In this document: positions 1-9,806 of the stretch, piece after piece
How the letters are laid out: every line of letters starts with the position of its first letter
Numbering within the stretch: the stretch's first letter is position 1
NCBI GenBank assembly: GCA_046262075.1
Contig: JBHENL010000106.1
Span: 1 to 44,036 of the forward strand
Reading direction: 5' to 3'
DNA length: 44,036 nucleotides
Source: Gemmatimonadota bacterium
GTDB taxonomy: Bacteria > Gemmatimonadota > Gemmatimonadetes > JACCXV01
Notes under the pieces: generated by a model
What the model saw: only the letters and a program-made list of their open reading frames with translations
Told to the model about the DNA's origin: nothing
Databases searched by the model: none
Position numbers and translations under genes: made by a program

Positions 1-209
1 AGCAGGGCCGCGGCATCGGACGGAGGGATGCCGCGATCGCTCGAGCCGGTCAGGAAGCTCTCGGCGAGCCCGGGCTCCAGCACGACCTCCTGGATCGTGT
101 CCGCGGGCGGCGGGAGCTGACCCGCGCCGACGGGGTTGCGCTCGTCCTCGGAACAGCCCGCCACCAGCAGCCAGGCGAGAAGGAACGCGCACGCGCGCAC
201 GGGAATCAT
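1..209 (-). CDS. putative lipoprotein, N-terminal part only (gene runs off the left edge)
   Basis: Open frame with no stop in the window, so it is absent from the ORF track. The ATG at 209..207 overlaps the cdd stop (plus strand tcat = ATGA). Translation MIPVRACAFLLAWLLVAGCSEDERNPVGAG... gives a signal peptide plus lipobox LVAGC. Confidence 0.5.
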   Translation of the reverse strand, partial: MIPVRACAFLLAWLLVAGCSEDERNPVGAGQLPPPADTIQEVVLEPGLAESFLTGSSDRGIPPSDAAAL

Positions 210-667
210 TCGGCTCCTGGTGCGGGGCCTCGCCCGCGGGAGGGAAGGTGGAACGCGTCGGGCAGGAGCTCGTGCAGCGGCCGCACGCGAGCTCCGGTTT
301 CGTCCTGTACGACGATCTCGAGGTCGAGCCCGAACTCGGCCAGCATCTGGCGGCACGCCCCGCACGGGTGGGGCACCCCCGCGCTGCTCGCGATCGCGAT
401 GCGGCGGAAGGCGCGCTCGCCCTCGGACACGGCCTTCACCAGGGCCGCGCGCTCGGCGCAGATCGTGGAGCCGTACGCCGCGTTCTCGACGTTGACGCCG
501 GTGTACGTGCGGCCGCTGGCGGACTCCAGGGCGGCGCCCACGGCGAGGCCCGAGTAGGGCGCGTATGCGTGACGCAACGCCTCGCGCGCGCGCTCGAGGA
601 GCGCCGCCGCCCCCGCGTCGCCCGGAACGTCGCGGCGATCCGCGTCGGGTGAGGAGCCGTCGCTCAC
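206..667 (-). CDS. cdd: cytidine deaminase
   Basis: 153 aa with zinc-ligand motifs CAERAAL and PCGACRQ, typical of small tetrameric cytidine deaminases. Confidence 0.9.
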   Translation of the reverse strand: MSDGSSPDADRRDVPGDAGAAALLERAREALRHAYAPYSGLAVGAALESASGRTYTGVNVENAAYGSTICAERAALVKAVSEGERAFRRIAIASSAGVPHPCGACRQMLAEFGLDLEIVVQDETGARVRPLHELLPDAFHLPSRGRGPAPGAE

Positions 668-673
668 GCCACT

Positions 674-1825
674 CTACCAGTCGCGAGGCGGGGGGTTCCC
701 CGCCTGCCGCGTGCCGGGCTCGGCCTCGGGCTCGCCAAGCAGGTGGCGCCGCTCCACGCGCCGCGCGAGGCCCGTCAGGATCTCGTAGCTGATCGTGTTC
801 GACCGGCCGGCGAGCGCGTCGGCCGAGAGCCCCGGCCGCTCGCCGAGGAGCAGCGCCGCGTCGCCCACCCGGACGTCCGGCACGGCCGTCACGTCCACGG
901 TCGTCAGGTCCATCGATATGCGTCCGAGCACCGGGCACCGGGCGCCCCGCAGCTCGACGAACCCCCCCGCGGCCTGGGAGCGCGGGTAGCCGTCGCCGTA
1001 CCCGACGGCCAGGAGCGCCGCGCGCGTGGGGCGCTCGATGCGCGCGTCACGGCCGTACCCCACGCTGTCACCCGGCTCCAGGTCGCGGACCTGTACGACC
1101 CGCGCCCACCACGTGAGCAGCGGCCGCCAGGCCGCGGTCCCGGAGCGCTCGGCCCCGTACGCGGCCGAGGGCGCATAGGCGGCGATCCCCGCCCGCGCGA
1201 GGTGGGCGTCCATGCGGCCGTGGAGGAGCAGACCGGCGCTGTTCGACAGGTGCACGAGCGGGAAGCGGGTGCCGAGTGCCTCGAGCGCGCCGATCACCGC
1301 GCGGAAGCGGTCGTGCTGCTCGCGCGTGAAGGGCGCGTCGGACTCGGCGGCGGCGAAGTGCGTGTAGGCTCCCTCCAGCGCGAGGCCGGCGACGTCGCGT
1401 AGACGGGCCAGCTCGGCGGCTCGACGCCAGTCGAAGCCCGAGCGGCCCATGCCCGTGTCCACCTCGACGTGCGCGGGGGTCCCGGGGGCCGTCCGCGCCC
1501 AGCGCTCGGCCTCCGCCAGGGAGCAGAGCGTGGGCGTCACCCCGGCGGGGCGCAGGTCGTCGACGCCCTCGGCTGGCAGCGGCCCGAACAGCAGGATGCG
1601 CGCGACGACCCCCGACTCGCGCAGCTCGAGGGCCTCCTCGCGGCAGGCGACGCCGAGCCACCCCACGTCCAGCTCCTCGGCCCAGCGCGCGACCGCGACC
1701 GCGCCATGGCCGTACGCGTCGGCCTTCACCGGCAGCAGCAGCCGGCCGCCGCGCGGCAGCGCCGCCCGCAGCAGGTCGAGGTTCGCCGCCAGGGCCTCGC
1801 GGCTTATGTCCGCCCACGTGCGCAT
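674..1825 (-). CDS. alr: alanine racemase
   Basis: Frame of ORF 674..1960 trimmed to the internal ATG at 1825 (MRTWADISREAL...). PLP-lysine motif LLPVKADAYGHGA. About 383 aa. Confidence 0.9.
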   Translation of the reverse strand: MRTWADISREALAANLDLLRAALPRGGRLLLPVKADAYGHGAVAVARWAEELDVGWLGVACREEALELRESGVVARILLFGPLPAEGVDDLRPAGVTPTLCSLAEAERWARTAPGTPAHVEVDTGMGRSGFDWRRAAELARLRDVAGLALEGAYTHFAAAESDAPFTREQHDRFRAVIGALEALGTRFPLVHLSNSAGLLLHGRMDAHLARAGIAAYAPSAAYGAERSGTAAWRPLLTWWARVVQVRDLEPGDSVGYGRDARIERPTRAALLAVGYGDGYPRSQAAGGFVELRGARCPVLGRISMDLTTVDVTAVPDVRVGDAALLLGERPGLSADALAGRSNTISYEILTGLARRVERRHLLGEPEAEPGTRQAGNPPPRDW

Positions 1826-1916
1826 GCGGGCCCGCGGCTGTCGGAAAGGGCGGGTGAATGTATCATTCGCCGCTCGCGGGGCGCAAACGCGCCCCCCCTT
1901 TCCTCGCGTGGATCCA

Positions 1917-2804
1917 ATGCCGGCGACCACCTTCGAAGACCTCCTGCGGATCGTGCGCACGCTGCTCGGCGAGGGTGGCTGCGCGTGGGACCGCGCGCAG
2001 ACGCCGCGCTCCTTGCTGCCGTACCTGATCGAGGAAGCCTACGAGGTGCGCGAGGCGGTGATCGCGGACGACGAAGGCGCGCTGGCGGAAGAGCTCGGGG
2101 ATCTGGCGCTGCACGTCGCTTTCCAGTCCGTGCTGGCGGAGGGACGCGGAGCCTTCGCGCCGGGCGACGTGTTCGACCACGTCGTCGCCAAGATGGTGCG
2201 CCGCCATCCGCACGTGTTCGGATCCGCGGCCACGGACCCACAGGTCGGTCGCGCCAGCCCCGAGCGGGCGGCGAACGCCCCCGGCCTCCCCGCACCCACC
2301 CTTGCGGACTGGGAGGAGATGAAGCGCCGCGACCGGCGCGGCGCCGACGGCGCGCCGTACTCGCGGGCGCGCACCCTCGAAGGCATCCCCGCCGCGCTGC
2401 CCGCGCTGCACCGGGCGCAGCGCGTGCAGGACCGCGCGGCCGGTGTGGGCTTCGACTGGCCGGACGTGTGCGGCGCCGTCGCCAAGGTGCGCGAGGAGCT
2501 GGGGGAAGTCGAACGCCACCTCGTCGGGGCGCGCGCGGGAGCTGAAGAGCGCCAGGGTCCGATCGTCGAGGCGGGTGGCCCGCTCGAGGAGGAGATCGGC
2601 GACCTGCTCTTCGCGGTCGTCAACGTAGCGCGCAAGTCGGGTGTGTCGGCCGAGGAAGCCCTGGCCCGAGCCGTCGCGAAGTTCACCGGCCGCTTCGCGC
2701 GCGTGGAGGACCTGGCGGCCGAGCGGGGACTCGAGGTGAGGACGGCCGGCCTCGCCACGCTGGACGCGCTCTGGGACCGCGTGAAGGACCTGGAGCGCGC
2801 CTGA
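1917..2804 (+). CDS. mazG: nucleoside triphosphate pyrophosphohydrolase MazG
   Basis: Frame of ORF 1449..2804 trimmed to the ATG at 1917 (MPATTFEDLL...). Two MazG repeats are present (EEAYEVREA..ELGDLALHV and REELGEV..EIGDLLFAVVNVAR). Divergent from alr. Confidence 0.85.
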   Translation: MPATTFEDLLRIVRTLLGEGGCAWDRAQTPRSLLPYLIEEAYEVREAVIADDEGALAEELGDLALHVAFQSVLAEGRGAFAPGDVFDHVVAKMVRRHPHVFGSAATDPQVGRASPERAANAPGLPAPTLADWEEMKRRDRRGADGAPYSRARTLEGIPAALPALHRAQRVQDRAAGVGFDWPDVCGAVAKVREELGEVERHLVGARAGAEERQGPIVEAGGPLEEEIGDLLFAVVNVARKSGVSAEEALARAVAKFTGRFARVEDLAAERGLEVRTAGLATLDALWDRVKDLERA

Positions 2805-2839
2805 GCCGCCTCCTCGCTCCCGGCGCTGCCTTCGCCGCG

Positions 2840-3280
2840 GTGCTGGTCCTGGATCAGCTCACGAAGGCGTGGGCTGCGTCGGCGCTCTGGGACCCGCCCC
2901 GCTCGCTCGAGCCCATCGACGGCTGGCTGCACCTGACGCCGGTCGAGAACCGCGGCATCGCCTTCGGCCTCTTCGCCGAGCACGCGCTCGTGCTGCTCGC
3001 GGGCGTGCTCGTCCTGCTGGTGCTCCTCGCGCTCAAGGGCTGGCGCGACTTCCTGGGCGCCTCCATCGCCGTTCGCACGCTCGTCGGGCTCGTGGCGGTA
3101 GGTGCCGTGGGGAACCTGATCGATCGCGCGCGCTACGGGTACGTCCTCGACTTCGTCACGCTCCCCAAGCTTCCCTTCTTCCAGGTGTTCAACGTCGCCG
3201 ACAGCGCCATCACCGTCGGTGGGGCGTTGCTGGCGATCGTTCTGTTGCGCGGCGAGCGGTCGGATCACGTCCGGGGCTAG
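2840..3280 (+). CDS. lspA: lipoprotein signal peptidase II
   Basis: Motifs VENRGIAFG, NLIDR and FNVADSAI, with hydrophobic TM segments. The true start may lie slightly upstream (in-frame CTG at 2801 overlapping the mazG stop). Confidence 0.85.
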   Translation: MLVLDQLTKAWAASALWDPPRSLEPIDGWLHLTPVENRGIAFGLFAEHALVLLAGVLVLLVLLALKGWRDFLGASIAVRTLVGLVAVGAVGNLIDRARYGYVLDFVTLPKLPFFQVFNVADSAITVGGALLAIVLLRGERSDHVRG

Positions 3281-3386
3281 CGGTCCGCCGGGCGCTTGGC
3301 CCGGAACTTGTAGAAGAAGCCAGGGGACGCTGGGCAAGCCGGGAGTGCTTCCGCGCGGCCTCGCCGCGTGCACCTGGAGGGACGGA

Positions 3387-3635
3387 ATGTCCGTTCCGGA
3401 AGACGCCGCGGAGCCGGCGGACGAGTCGCTCGAGCGCGCCCTGCGGCGCATGGACGCCGCTTACCACGAGGCCCTGGACGACCTGCTGCAGCGCTACGAG
3501 GCCGTGGACCACGCGATCATGGAATGGATCGCCCGTGGCACGGTGACTCCTCGCCAGGAGGTCGACGCCCTGCTGAGAGAGATGCGGATCCGGGTCGTCG
3601 CCGCGCCCGGATCCTCGCAGAACGAGAGGGGCTGA
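3387..3635 (+). CDS. hypothetical small acidic protein
   Basis: Internal ATG of ORF 3219..3635 (MSVPEDAAEPADESLERALRR...). 82 aa, helical-looking, with G/C-rich third codon positions. No motif recognised. Confidence 0.4.
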   Translation: MSVPEDAAEPADESLERALRRMDAAYHEALDDLLQRYEAVDHAIMEWIARGTVTPRQEVDALLREMRIRVVAAPGSSQNERG

Positions 3636-3698
3636 GCGCGCGCGAAGCCCCTCGATCCTCGCGCCGGCATTCGAGAGCTGCGCCGGGCGAGCGGCGCT

Positions 3699-5039
3699 TC
3701 AGGGCGTGATCCGGTTCAGCAGCCGCGCGAAGGGGATCGTCTCGCGCACGTGCGGAAGGCCGCAGATCCAGGCCACCATTCGCTCCAGCCCGAGGCCGAA
3801 GCCCGCGTGCGGCACGGACCCGTAGCGGCGCAGGTCCAGGTACCACTCGTAGGGTCCCCGCGGCAGCCCCTCCTCCTCGAGCCTGCGGACGAGCTCGTCG
3901 TAGTCCTCGATGCGCTGCGAGCCGCCCACGATCTCGCCGTAGCCTTCGGGGGCGAGCAGGTCGTTGCATAGGACGACCTCGGAGCGCTCGGGGTCGGCCT
4001 TCATGTAGAAGGCCTTGGCCGCGCGCGGGTACTTGTAGACGAACAGCGGGCGGTCGTGCAGGCTCGCGAGCCGTGTCTCGTCCTCGGCTCCGAGGTCCGT
4101 CCCCCACTTGACCGGAGAGCCGGCCGCGCGCAGCGTCTCGACCGCCTCGTCGTAGGAGATGCGCGGGAACGGCGGCCGCACGCCTTCCAGCCGTGAGACG
4201 TCCCGGCCCAGCGCCGCCAGGTCCTCGGCGCGTTCACGGAGCACGCCCTGCACGACGTGCGAGACGAGCTCCTCCTGCACCTCCATGTTGCGGCGCCAGT
4301 CGCACCAGGCCATCTCCGGCTCGAGCATCCAGAACTCCGTGAGGTGGCGCCGCGTCTTCGACTTCTCCGCGCGGAACGTGGGTCCGAAGCAATACACGTC
4401 CCCGAAGGCGAAGCAGGCCGCCTCCACGTAGAGCTGCCCGGTCTGAGCCAGGTACGCCTTGCCGAGGTCGAAGTACTCGGTCTCGAAGAGGGTGCCCGCC
4501 GACTCCCCGATGGCGCCCGAGAGGATCGGCGAGTCGATCAGCGTGAAGCCGCGCGCGTCGAGGAAGTCACGCAGCAGGCGCACGATCTCGGCCCGGACGC
4601 GCAGCACGTGCCACTGACGGCTGCTGCGCAGCCACAGGTGGCGATGGTCCATCAGGAACGTCGTCCCGTGCTCCTTGGGCCCGATCGGGAACTCGTCGGC
4701 GATCTGCACCGGCCGCACGTGGGAGAGCTCGAGCTCGTGCCCTCCCGGCGCCCGCGCGTCGGCCCGCACGGTGCCCTCGACCTCCAGCGAGCTCTCCTGG
4801 GTGAGCGCGTCCCACGCCTCCAACGCGGACTCCCCGGCGGCGCTCTTCACCAGCACGCCCTGGACCACGCCACTCCCGTCGCGCACGACGAGGAAGCGGA
4901 TCTTGCCGCTCGAGCGCTTGGTGGCCAGCCAGCCGCGGACGCGCACGCGTCGCCCGACGTGAGCCGCCAGGTCGCGCACGCGGACCGGCGGCGCGGTTCC
5001 TCCCGTGGCCGTGGTCTCGCCCCGAGCCGTCTCGGTCAA
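3699..5039 (-). CDS. asnS: asparagine--tRNA ligase
   Basis: Class II aaRS. FRAEKSKTRRHLTEFWMLEPEMAW is the Asn-type signature (EFWM.EPE). Motif 3 is GFGLGLERMV. N-terminal OB fold (VRVRGWL..KIRFLVVRDGSG). Confidence 0.9.
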   Translation of the reverse strand: MTETARGETTATGGTAPPVRVRDLAAHVGRRVRVRGWLATKRSSGKIRFLVVRDGSGVVQGVLVKSAAGESALEAWDALTQESSLEVEGTVRADARAPGGHELELSHVRPVQIADEFPIGPKEHGTTFLMDHRHLWLRSSRQWHVLRVRAEIVRLLRDFLDARGFTLIDSPILSGAIGESAGTLFETEYFDLGKAYLAQTGQLYVEAACFAFGDVYCFGPTFRAEKSKTRRHLTEFWMLEPEMAWCDWRRNMEVQEELVSHVVQGVLRERAEDLAALGRDVSRLEGVRPPFPRISYDEAVETLRAAGSPVKWGTDLGAEDETRLASLHDRPLFVYKYPRAAKAFYMKADPERSEVVLCNDLLAPEGYGEIVGGSQRIEDYDELVRRLEEEGLPRGPYEWYLDLRRYGSVPHAGFGLGLERMVAWICGLPHVRETIPFARLLNRITP

Positions 5040-5140
5040 GGGACTCTCCTATCAGGCCGTCGCTCGGCGAAGCCTCGCTCCGGCGCTGTCGGCGCGCGCG
5101 GGCGTTGGCGGCTTCTCCTGCGGCTCCGTAGCTTTCGCCG

Positions 5141-6280
5141 GTGCGCTCCGCGTTCGCTTGCCTCGCAGTCCTGCTGCTCGCGCCGCTCCCGGCTGCCCGC
5201 GGCCAATCCGCGCCCGAACCCGCGCACACGACGCCGTCCGCGGCGGCGGTGTCCGTCCCGCCGCTCGAGATCCTGTGGCGCGGGGACATCCGCAACGGCG
5301 CCACCGCGCCGGCTCTCGTCACGCCCGAGCGCGTGTACGTGGCGACGGCGCGACAGGACGTCAAGGCGTTCGACCGTGCCCGACCGCGCGAGCTCTGGTC
5401 GCAGCGGATCGGGCCCGGCTTCAGCGCGCCGCCCGTGCTGGCCGGAGGCGTGCTCGTGGTGGCCTCGCCCCATCCCGACGCAGCGGCCTACGGGCTGGAA
5501 CCGGCCACCGGGCGGCGGCGCTGGGAGAGTCCGGCCGGCGACGTCGCCCAGGCTCCGATCGTCTCCGGCGGGCGAGTGGTGCTGCTCTCGGTGGGCGGAC
5601 GCGTCACCGCGATCGAGGCCGCCTCGGGCGACGAAGCCTGGAACACGCGCGTCGAAGGCGTGCATCCGGGGCCGGCCAGCGCCGCCCTCACGGCCGGGGG
5701 GCTCTTCACGCTCTCGGCGGAAGGGACGCTGGTGCGCCTGGATCCGAGCTCCGGCGACCGCCTCGCCTCGCGCCGTACCGGCCGGAGCTCGGTCGCGGTG
5801 CTCGCCACGCCCGGCGGCGAGTCGGTGCTGGCCGTCGGCCACGACGGCACCGTGCAGGCCTTCGGCCGCGAGGCCGATCCGCTGGGCCCGCCGTTCCCGA
5901 CGGCGGCCATGCTGCACGCTCCGGCGGCGGCGGGAGACCGGCTCGTCGTGCCCGGCTCCGACCGCGTGCTGCGGTCGTTCGCGCTGCCCTCCGGCGAGCC
6001 GCTCTGGGAGCGCGCGTTCGAGGTGGCGTTCGCGGCCCCGCCGGTCTTCTCGCCCGACGCGGCACGAGTCGCCGTCGGCGATCTGGCCGGCGGTCTCTGG
6101 ACGCTGGACGCCGCCGCCGGAACGCTCCTCTCGCGCACGACGGGACCGCGCGCCGCGGTCGTGCCGACCTGGGCGGATGGCGTGCTGGCCACCGTCGCCC
6201 CGGGCGGCGACCTGCTCGTCCTGCATCCGGAGCCGGGCGAGCGCGAGGTCCGCGCGAGCTCGCCCTCGGCGCCTCAGTAG
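5141..6280 (+). CDS. PQQ-like beta-propeller repeat protein (BamB-like), secreted
   Basis: Signal peptide MRSAFACLAVLLLAPLPAARGQ. Repeated units of about 40 aa with a G.V.A.....G...W pattern (for example GGRVTAIEAASGDEAWN and LRSFALPSGEPLWE). Its stop overlaps that of the convergent Omp85-family gene. Confidence 0.6.
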   Translation: MRSAFACLAVLLLAPLPAARGQSAPEPAHTTPSAAAVSVPPLEILWRGDIRNGATAPALVTPERVYVATARQDVKAFDRARPRELWSQRIGPGFSAPPVLAGGVLVVASPHPDAAAYGLEPATGRRRWESPAGDVAQAPIVSGGRVVLLSVGGRVTAIEAASGDEAWNTRVEGVHPGPASAALTAGGLFTLSAEGTLVRLDPSSGDRLASRRTGRSSVAVLATPGGESVLAVGHDGTVQAFGREADPLGPPFPTAAMLHAPAAAGDRLVVPGSDRVLRSFALPSGEPLWERAFEVAFAAPPVFSPDAARVAVGDLAGGLWTLDAAAGTLLSRTTGPRAAVVPTWADGVLATVAPGGDLLVLHPEPGEREVRASSPSAPQ

Positions 6281-9200
6281 TTGAAGCCCACGAAGAAGTC
6301 GACCCGGTTCTTGTCGAACTCGTAGATGCGCAGGTCGCGTTCGTCCTCGATCTCGAAGATCCGCGAGAAGTCCAGCCGCAGGACGACCGGCCCGCCGAGG
6401 CTCATCCTCAGCCCCAGCCCGTAGCTCCCCAGGATCCCGGGGAAACCCAGCCGCTCCTCCTCCACCTCCTCCCAGGCGTTCCCCACGTCGAGGAACAGGG
6501 CGCCCTGCACACCCGGGAATCCGAGCGTGCCGAGGATCGGGGCGCCGATCGCGAGCCCCGACAGCAGCGGGAAGCGGATCTCCTGGTTCACGAGCAGCGA
6601 GCGCGATCCGCGCAGCCCGAAGCGCGGGTAGCCGCGAAGACTGCCCGAGCCGCCCAGCACGAAGCGGGTGGGGAGCAGCCCGTCCGAGTACAGGAATTGG
6701 CCGCGCACGGCGTAGGCGCTCTGCAGGCCGAGCCGGAAATAGCGCCGATAGTCGAGGATCCCGAAGAAGCTCTCGCCCTCGAAGTCCGAGACGTTCCAGG
6801 TGCCGCCGAGCGTCAGGTTGTAGCGCTCGCCGTCGATCGGGCCGGTGGGCAGCCACAGCGTGTTGTCCTTGATGTAGGCGGCGCTGGCGACGCTCACGAC
6901 CCCCTCGCGATCGACGGTGCCGCCTTCGAACGACCCGCCGAACCCGAGGATGTCGCTGCTCTCGAGGTTGATCCGCCCCTCCAGGCGCCGGAACTTCGAG
7001 AACGGGTAGCTGAGGAGCCCGCCCGCGCCGTAGCGGTTGACGCGGTAGACCTCCGGACCCGTGTTCAGCGTCCCGATCGTGCTGAAGGCGGCCTTGAGGC
7101 GATAGCCCGTGCCGCCCCAGTTCAGCCGCTGCTTCAGGTTCAGGTAGGTGACCTGCCCCCCGAAGGAGTCGAACAGGTCGCCTCCGCCCTGTGCGGTGCT
7201 GAAGAGCTCCGCCAGTACCAGGTGGTCGCCGAGGAAGTCGCTGAACACGGCCTGCACCGCCTCCGCGTTCGCGCCTCCTCCGATCGCCGCGCCTCCCTGG
7301 GCGAGGTCGAGGGAGAAGCGGCGGCGGTAGGGCACCGACGCCACGGCGCGGCCGGAGTCCGGCAGGACGGAGGCCCAGTCCCAGTCCAGCGGCGGGATGG
7401 AATCCGGGAGCGCGATCCGCTCCAGCGGCGGGAGGCCGTCGGCGGGCGTCACGGGACCGGCGGGCGCGGGCCCCGTGTCTTCCTCCTGATCCTCCTCGTC
7501 GGCCGCGTCCGTCGGCGCGCGAGGCGCGGGAGCCGACGCCTCGCGTGCCGCCGACGACGTGTCGCCCGGCGCGAACCCGGGGGGAAGGTCCATCCGATAG
7601 ATGCGCGCCGAGGAGCTCTCGTAGCCCGCCAGGAGCACGGCGTCGCGCTCCCGGCCGTCCACGTCCAGGTAGCGAAAGGGCTGCGCGTCGAAGACACCGC
7701 CGGTGATGTCGGTCACGCGGCGGCCGCGCCCGGCCAGGTCCACGGCGTACACGTCGGGCGCGCCCGCGCGATCCGACGTGAAGAGCAGCCAGGCCCCGTC
7801 GCTCGACCACCGCGGGCCGGCGTCGCGCCACGGCCCCGACGTGAGCTGACGCGTCTCGCCGGTGCGCGGCTCGCGCACGAAGAGGTTCGTCCAGCCCAGG
7901 TCTCCACCCTTCACCCGGTCGGTGACGTAGGCGATCCAGCGCCCGTCCGGCGACCACGCGGGGCTCGCCTCGAGGAAGCGGTCGTCGGTCAGGCGCTCGA
8001 GGCCGTCGGACGCCAGGCGATACACGTACAGGTCGGAGAATCCGGCCCGCGAGAGGCCGACGAAAGCGATCGACTCCCCCGCCGGGTCCCAGGTCGGGCT
8101 GGACAGCGAGACGAGGTCCTCGAACTGGCGCCGCAGCCGCACCTCCTCGGACTCGAGGTCGAGCACGTTCAGCGCGTCGCTCTGCCCGTACTTCGAGACG
8201 AAGGCCAGCTCGCCCGCGGCATTGACGTCGAGGTTCGACGTGAAGCCGTGGATCGACTCGAACTCCGGCGTGCGCTCGCTCTCGAGAACGGTGTCGACGT
8301 CCCGCTCGCGGCCCTCCAGCGAGGCGCAGTAGACGTTCGTGAATCCGGTGCGCGGCGAGACGTAGCAGAAGCGTCCCGGCAGGCTGTCGGGTCGCGGGAC
8401 GATCGTGGGCTTGAAACTGGCCCAGGACCGCGCGGTGAGCGCGCGGGCGTCGACCTCCACGGGCCGCGACCGCGTCACGCGGGGGAAGTAGCGACGCTCC
8501 AGGTCGTAGCGCCAGCGCGCGTCCAGCTCCTCGAGCGACACGCCATACACCGCCCGGAACGCCGCATCGAGGCTGTCGTACTTCCAGAGGCTCTCCAGGA
8601 GCAGCACGAGGCGGGCGTCGCCGTACGTGCGCGCCAGGTGGTCGTGCACGGACTCGCCGAGCTTGTAGAGCACGAAGGTCCCGTTGTAGCGCGAGAGCTG
8701 GGTCAGGGGCGGGAGGCTGCCGCTGAGCACGAGGGCGCCCACGAACAGGTCGCCGTCGGAATCCCACTCGCCCGACCAGTGCTCGGCCAGTCCCTCGGTG
8801 AACCACAGCGGAAGGGGCGGGAAGCCGCCTCGCGGGTGCAGCTCGCGCTCGTGCGCGACCTTCCGCAGCTGGAAGACGTGCACCATCTCGTGCTGGATCA
8901 CCTTGCGGAAGTCGCGGAACGAGCCGTTGAACGGGATCGCCACGCGGCCCTTGAGGAACTCGGTGAAGCCGGCCACGCCCTCGGGGATGAACCCCGGGGT
9001 GACGTTGGTCTGCTCGAAGTGCTGGTGCGAGCTGTAGATGATCATCGGGACGCGCTCGGCGGGGTGGAAGTCGAACTTCACCTCCAGCTCGCGATAGGCG
9101 CGCTCCGCCTCCTGCAGCGCCAGCTGGGCCAGCTCCGCCTCGTCGGGATAGAAGTAGAGGTCGACGTGCTCCCCCTGGAGCACGTGCCACTCGAAGTCCT

Positions 9201-9360
9201 CGTACTGGATCTTGTTCTTTCCGAAGGGGATGATCTGGGCCGCGGCGGGCGCGGCGAGGGCGAGCAGGGCGAGGGCCGCGGCCGCCACCGGGGGACGCCA
9301 CCGGAGGCATGGGCGGCCGCAGAGCCGAGCGCCGGACCAGGTCGTCGCGCTGCGAGTCAC
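6274..9360 (-). CDS. outer-membrane protein: HExxH peptidase-like domain + TolB-like (PD40) beta-propeller + Omp85/surface-antigen beta-barrel
   Basis: N-terminal domain has VIQHEMVHVFQ (HExxH). The middle has PD40 repeats (PAWSPDGRWIAYVTDR, PRWSSDGAWLLFTSDR). An acidic linker (DEEDQEEDTG) follows. The C-terminus has Omp85 motifs (GSLRGYP, GALFLDVGNAW, YGLGLRM...LRLDFS, ending ..VGFNY). The start is set at GTG 9360, which overlaps the thioesterase stop (GTGA) and gives a signal peptide ...RWRPPVAAAALALLALAAPAAAQ. GTG 9288 is an alternative start. Confidence 0.8.
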   Translation of the reverse strand: MTRSATTWSGARLCGRPCLRWRPPVAAAALALLALAAPAAAQIIPFGKNKIQYEDFEWHVLQGEHVDLYFYPDEAELAQLALQEAERAYRELEVKFDFHPAERVPMIIYSSHQHFEQTNVTPGFIPEGVAGFTEFLKGRVAIPFNGSFRDFRKVIQHEMVHVFQLRKVAHERELHPRGGFPPLPLWFTEGLAEHWSGEWDSDGDLFVGALVLSGSLPPLTQLSRYNGTFVLYKLGESVHDHLARTYGDARLVLLLESLWKYDSLDAAFRAVYGVSLEELDARWRYDLERRYFPRVTRSRPVEVDARALTARSWASFKPTIVPRPDSLPGRFCYVSPRTGFTNVYCASLEGRERDVDTVLESERTPEFESIHGFTSNLDVNAAGELAFVSKYGQSDALNVLDLESEEVRLRRQFEDLVSLSSPTWDPAGESIAFVGLSRAGFSDLYVYRLASDGLERLTDDRFLEASPAWSPDGRWIAYVTDRVKGGDLGWTNLFVREPRTGETRQLTSGPWRDAGPRWSSDGAWLLFTSDRAGAPDVYAVDLAGRGRRVTDITGGVFDAQPFRYLDVDGRERDAVLLAGYESSSARIYRMDLPPGFAPGDTSSAAREASAPAPRAPTDAADEEDQEEDTGPAPAGPVTPADGLPPLERIALPDSIPPLDWDWASVLPDSGRAVASVPYRRRFSLDLAQGGAAIGGGANAEAVQAVFSDFLGDHLVLAELFSTAQGGGDLFDSFGGQVTYLNLKQRLNWGGTGYRLKAAFSTIGTLNTGPEVYRVNRYGAGGLLSYPFSKFRRLEGRINLESSDILGFGGSFEGGTVDREGVVSVASAAYIKDNTLWLPTGPIDGERYNLTLGGTWNVSDFEGESFFGILDYRRYFRLGLQSAYAVRGQFLYSDGLLPTRFVLGGSGSLRGYPRFGLRGSRSLLVNQEIRFPLLSGLAIGAPILGTLGFPGVQGALFLDVGNAWEEVEEERLGFPGILGSYGLGLRMSLGGPVVLRLDFSRIFEIEDERDLRIYEFDKNRVDFFVGFNY

Positions 9361-9806
9361 GCCAGGAGCGCGACACGCGGCTCGCGCGCGGCCGGCGCGG
9401 AGCGGATCGCCCCCTGCAGGTCGGCGAAGAGCGGTCCCGGGATCCTGCACGGCCGGCGCTCGCGGTCGAGCGCCACGACGCTGACCTCGCCCGTGGCGGC
9501 GCGGGCGCCGTTCTCGACGGCGACGTCGTAGGCGAACGTCACGCGGCGGCTGCGCACCTGGGCCAGCTCGGTCGTGACGACCACCGTGTCGCCGTAGCGC
9601 GCCGAGCCGGGGAAGCGGCAGCGCACGTCCGAGACCGCGAACAGGAGCCCGGCGCGTTCCAGCTCGTCATAGGGATGACCCAGCGTCCGCAGCAGCTCCG
9701 TGCGCCCTACCTCCATCCAGATCAGGTAGTGCGCGTGGTAGACCACGCCCATCTGGTCGGTCTCGGCGTAACGCACGCGGACGTGGAGGCGATGGCGGGC
9801 GCTCAT
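9357..9806 (-). CDS. YbgC/4HBT-family acyl-CoA thioesterase
   Basis: Internal ATG at 9806 (MSARHRLHVRVRYAETDQMGVVYHAHYL...) is a typical hotdog-fold 4HBT N-terminus. 149 aa. Confidence 0.85.
   Translation of the reverse strand: MSARHRLHVRVRYAETDQMGVVYHAHYLIWMEVGRTELLRTLGHPYDELERAGLLFAVSDVRCRFPGSARYGDTVVVTTELAQVRSRRVTFAYDVAVENGARAATGEVSVVALDRERRPCRIPGPLFADLQGAIRSAPAAREPRVALLA

Noticed and set aside
674-1960. N-terminal extensions of longest-ORF calls (alr to 1960, dxr to 17773, cdsA to 18237, rpsB to 21805, tsf to 21641, Wzx to 31773, GT4 to 32678, ST-C to 34230, cysC to 40092, sulfatase to 43495, and others)
   Set aside because: The extensions overlap the upstream gene and have an Arg/Pro-rich composition. 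Family-typical N-termini begin at internal ATG/GTG codons, often in ATGA/GTGA overlap with the upstream stop.
3626-3653. GC hairpins between convergent genes (GAGGGGCT/AGCCCCTC at 3626..3653; CGCCCG/CGGGCG at 35314..35330) as intrinsic terminators
   Set aside because: The stems are real, but neither is followed by a U-tract on either strand. I do not list them as terminators, though they may still act as Rho-dependent or structural 3'-end elements.
5005-9531. Very long ORFs (1508 aa plus strand at 5005..9531; 1446 aa minus strand at 5036..9376) overlapping the BamB-like and Omp85-family genes
   Set aside because: The translations are Arg/Ala/Gly/Pro-rich low-complexity strings with no motifs. 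They run antisense or out of frame to ORFs with clear family signatures. This is the typical stop-codon-poor shadow ORF of GC-rich DNA.
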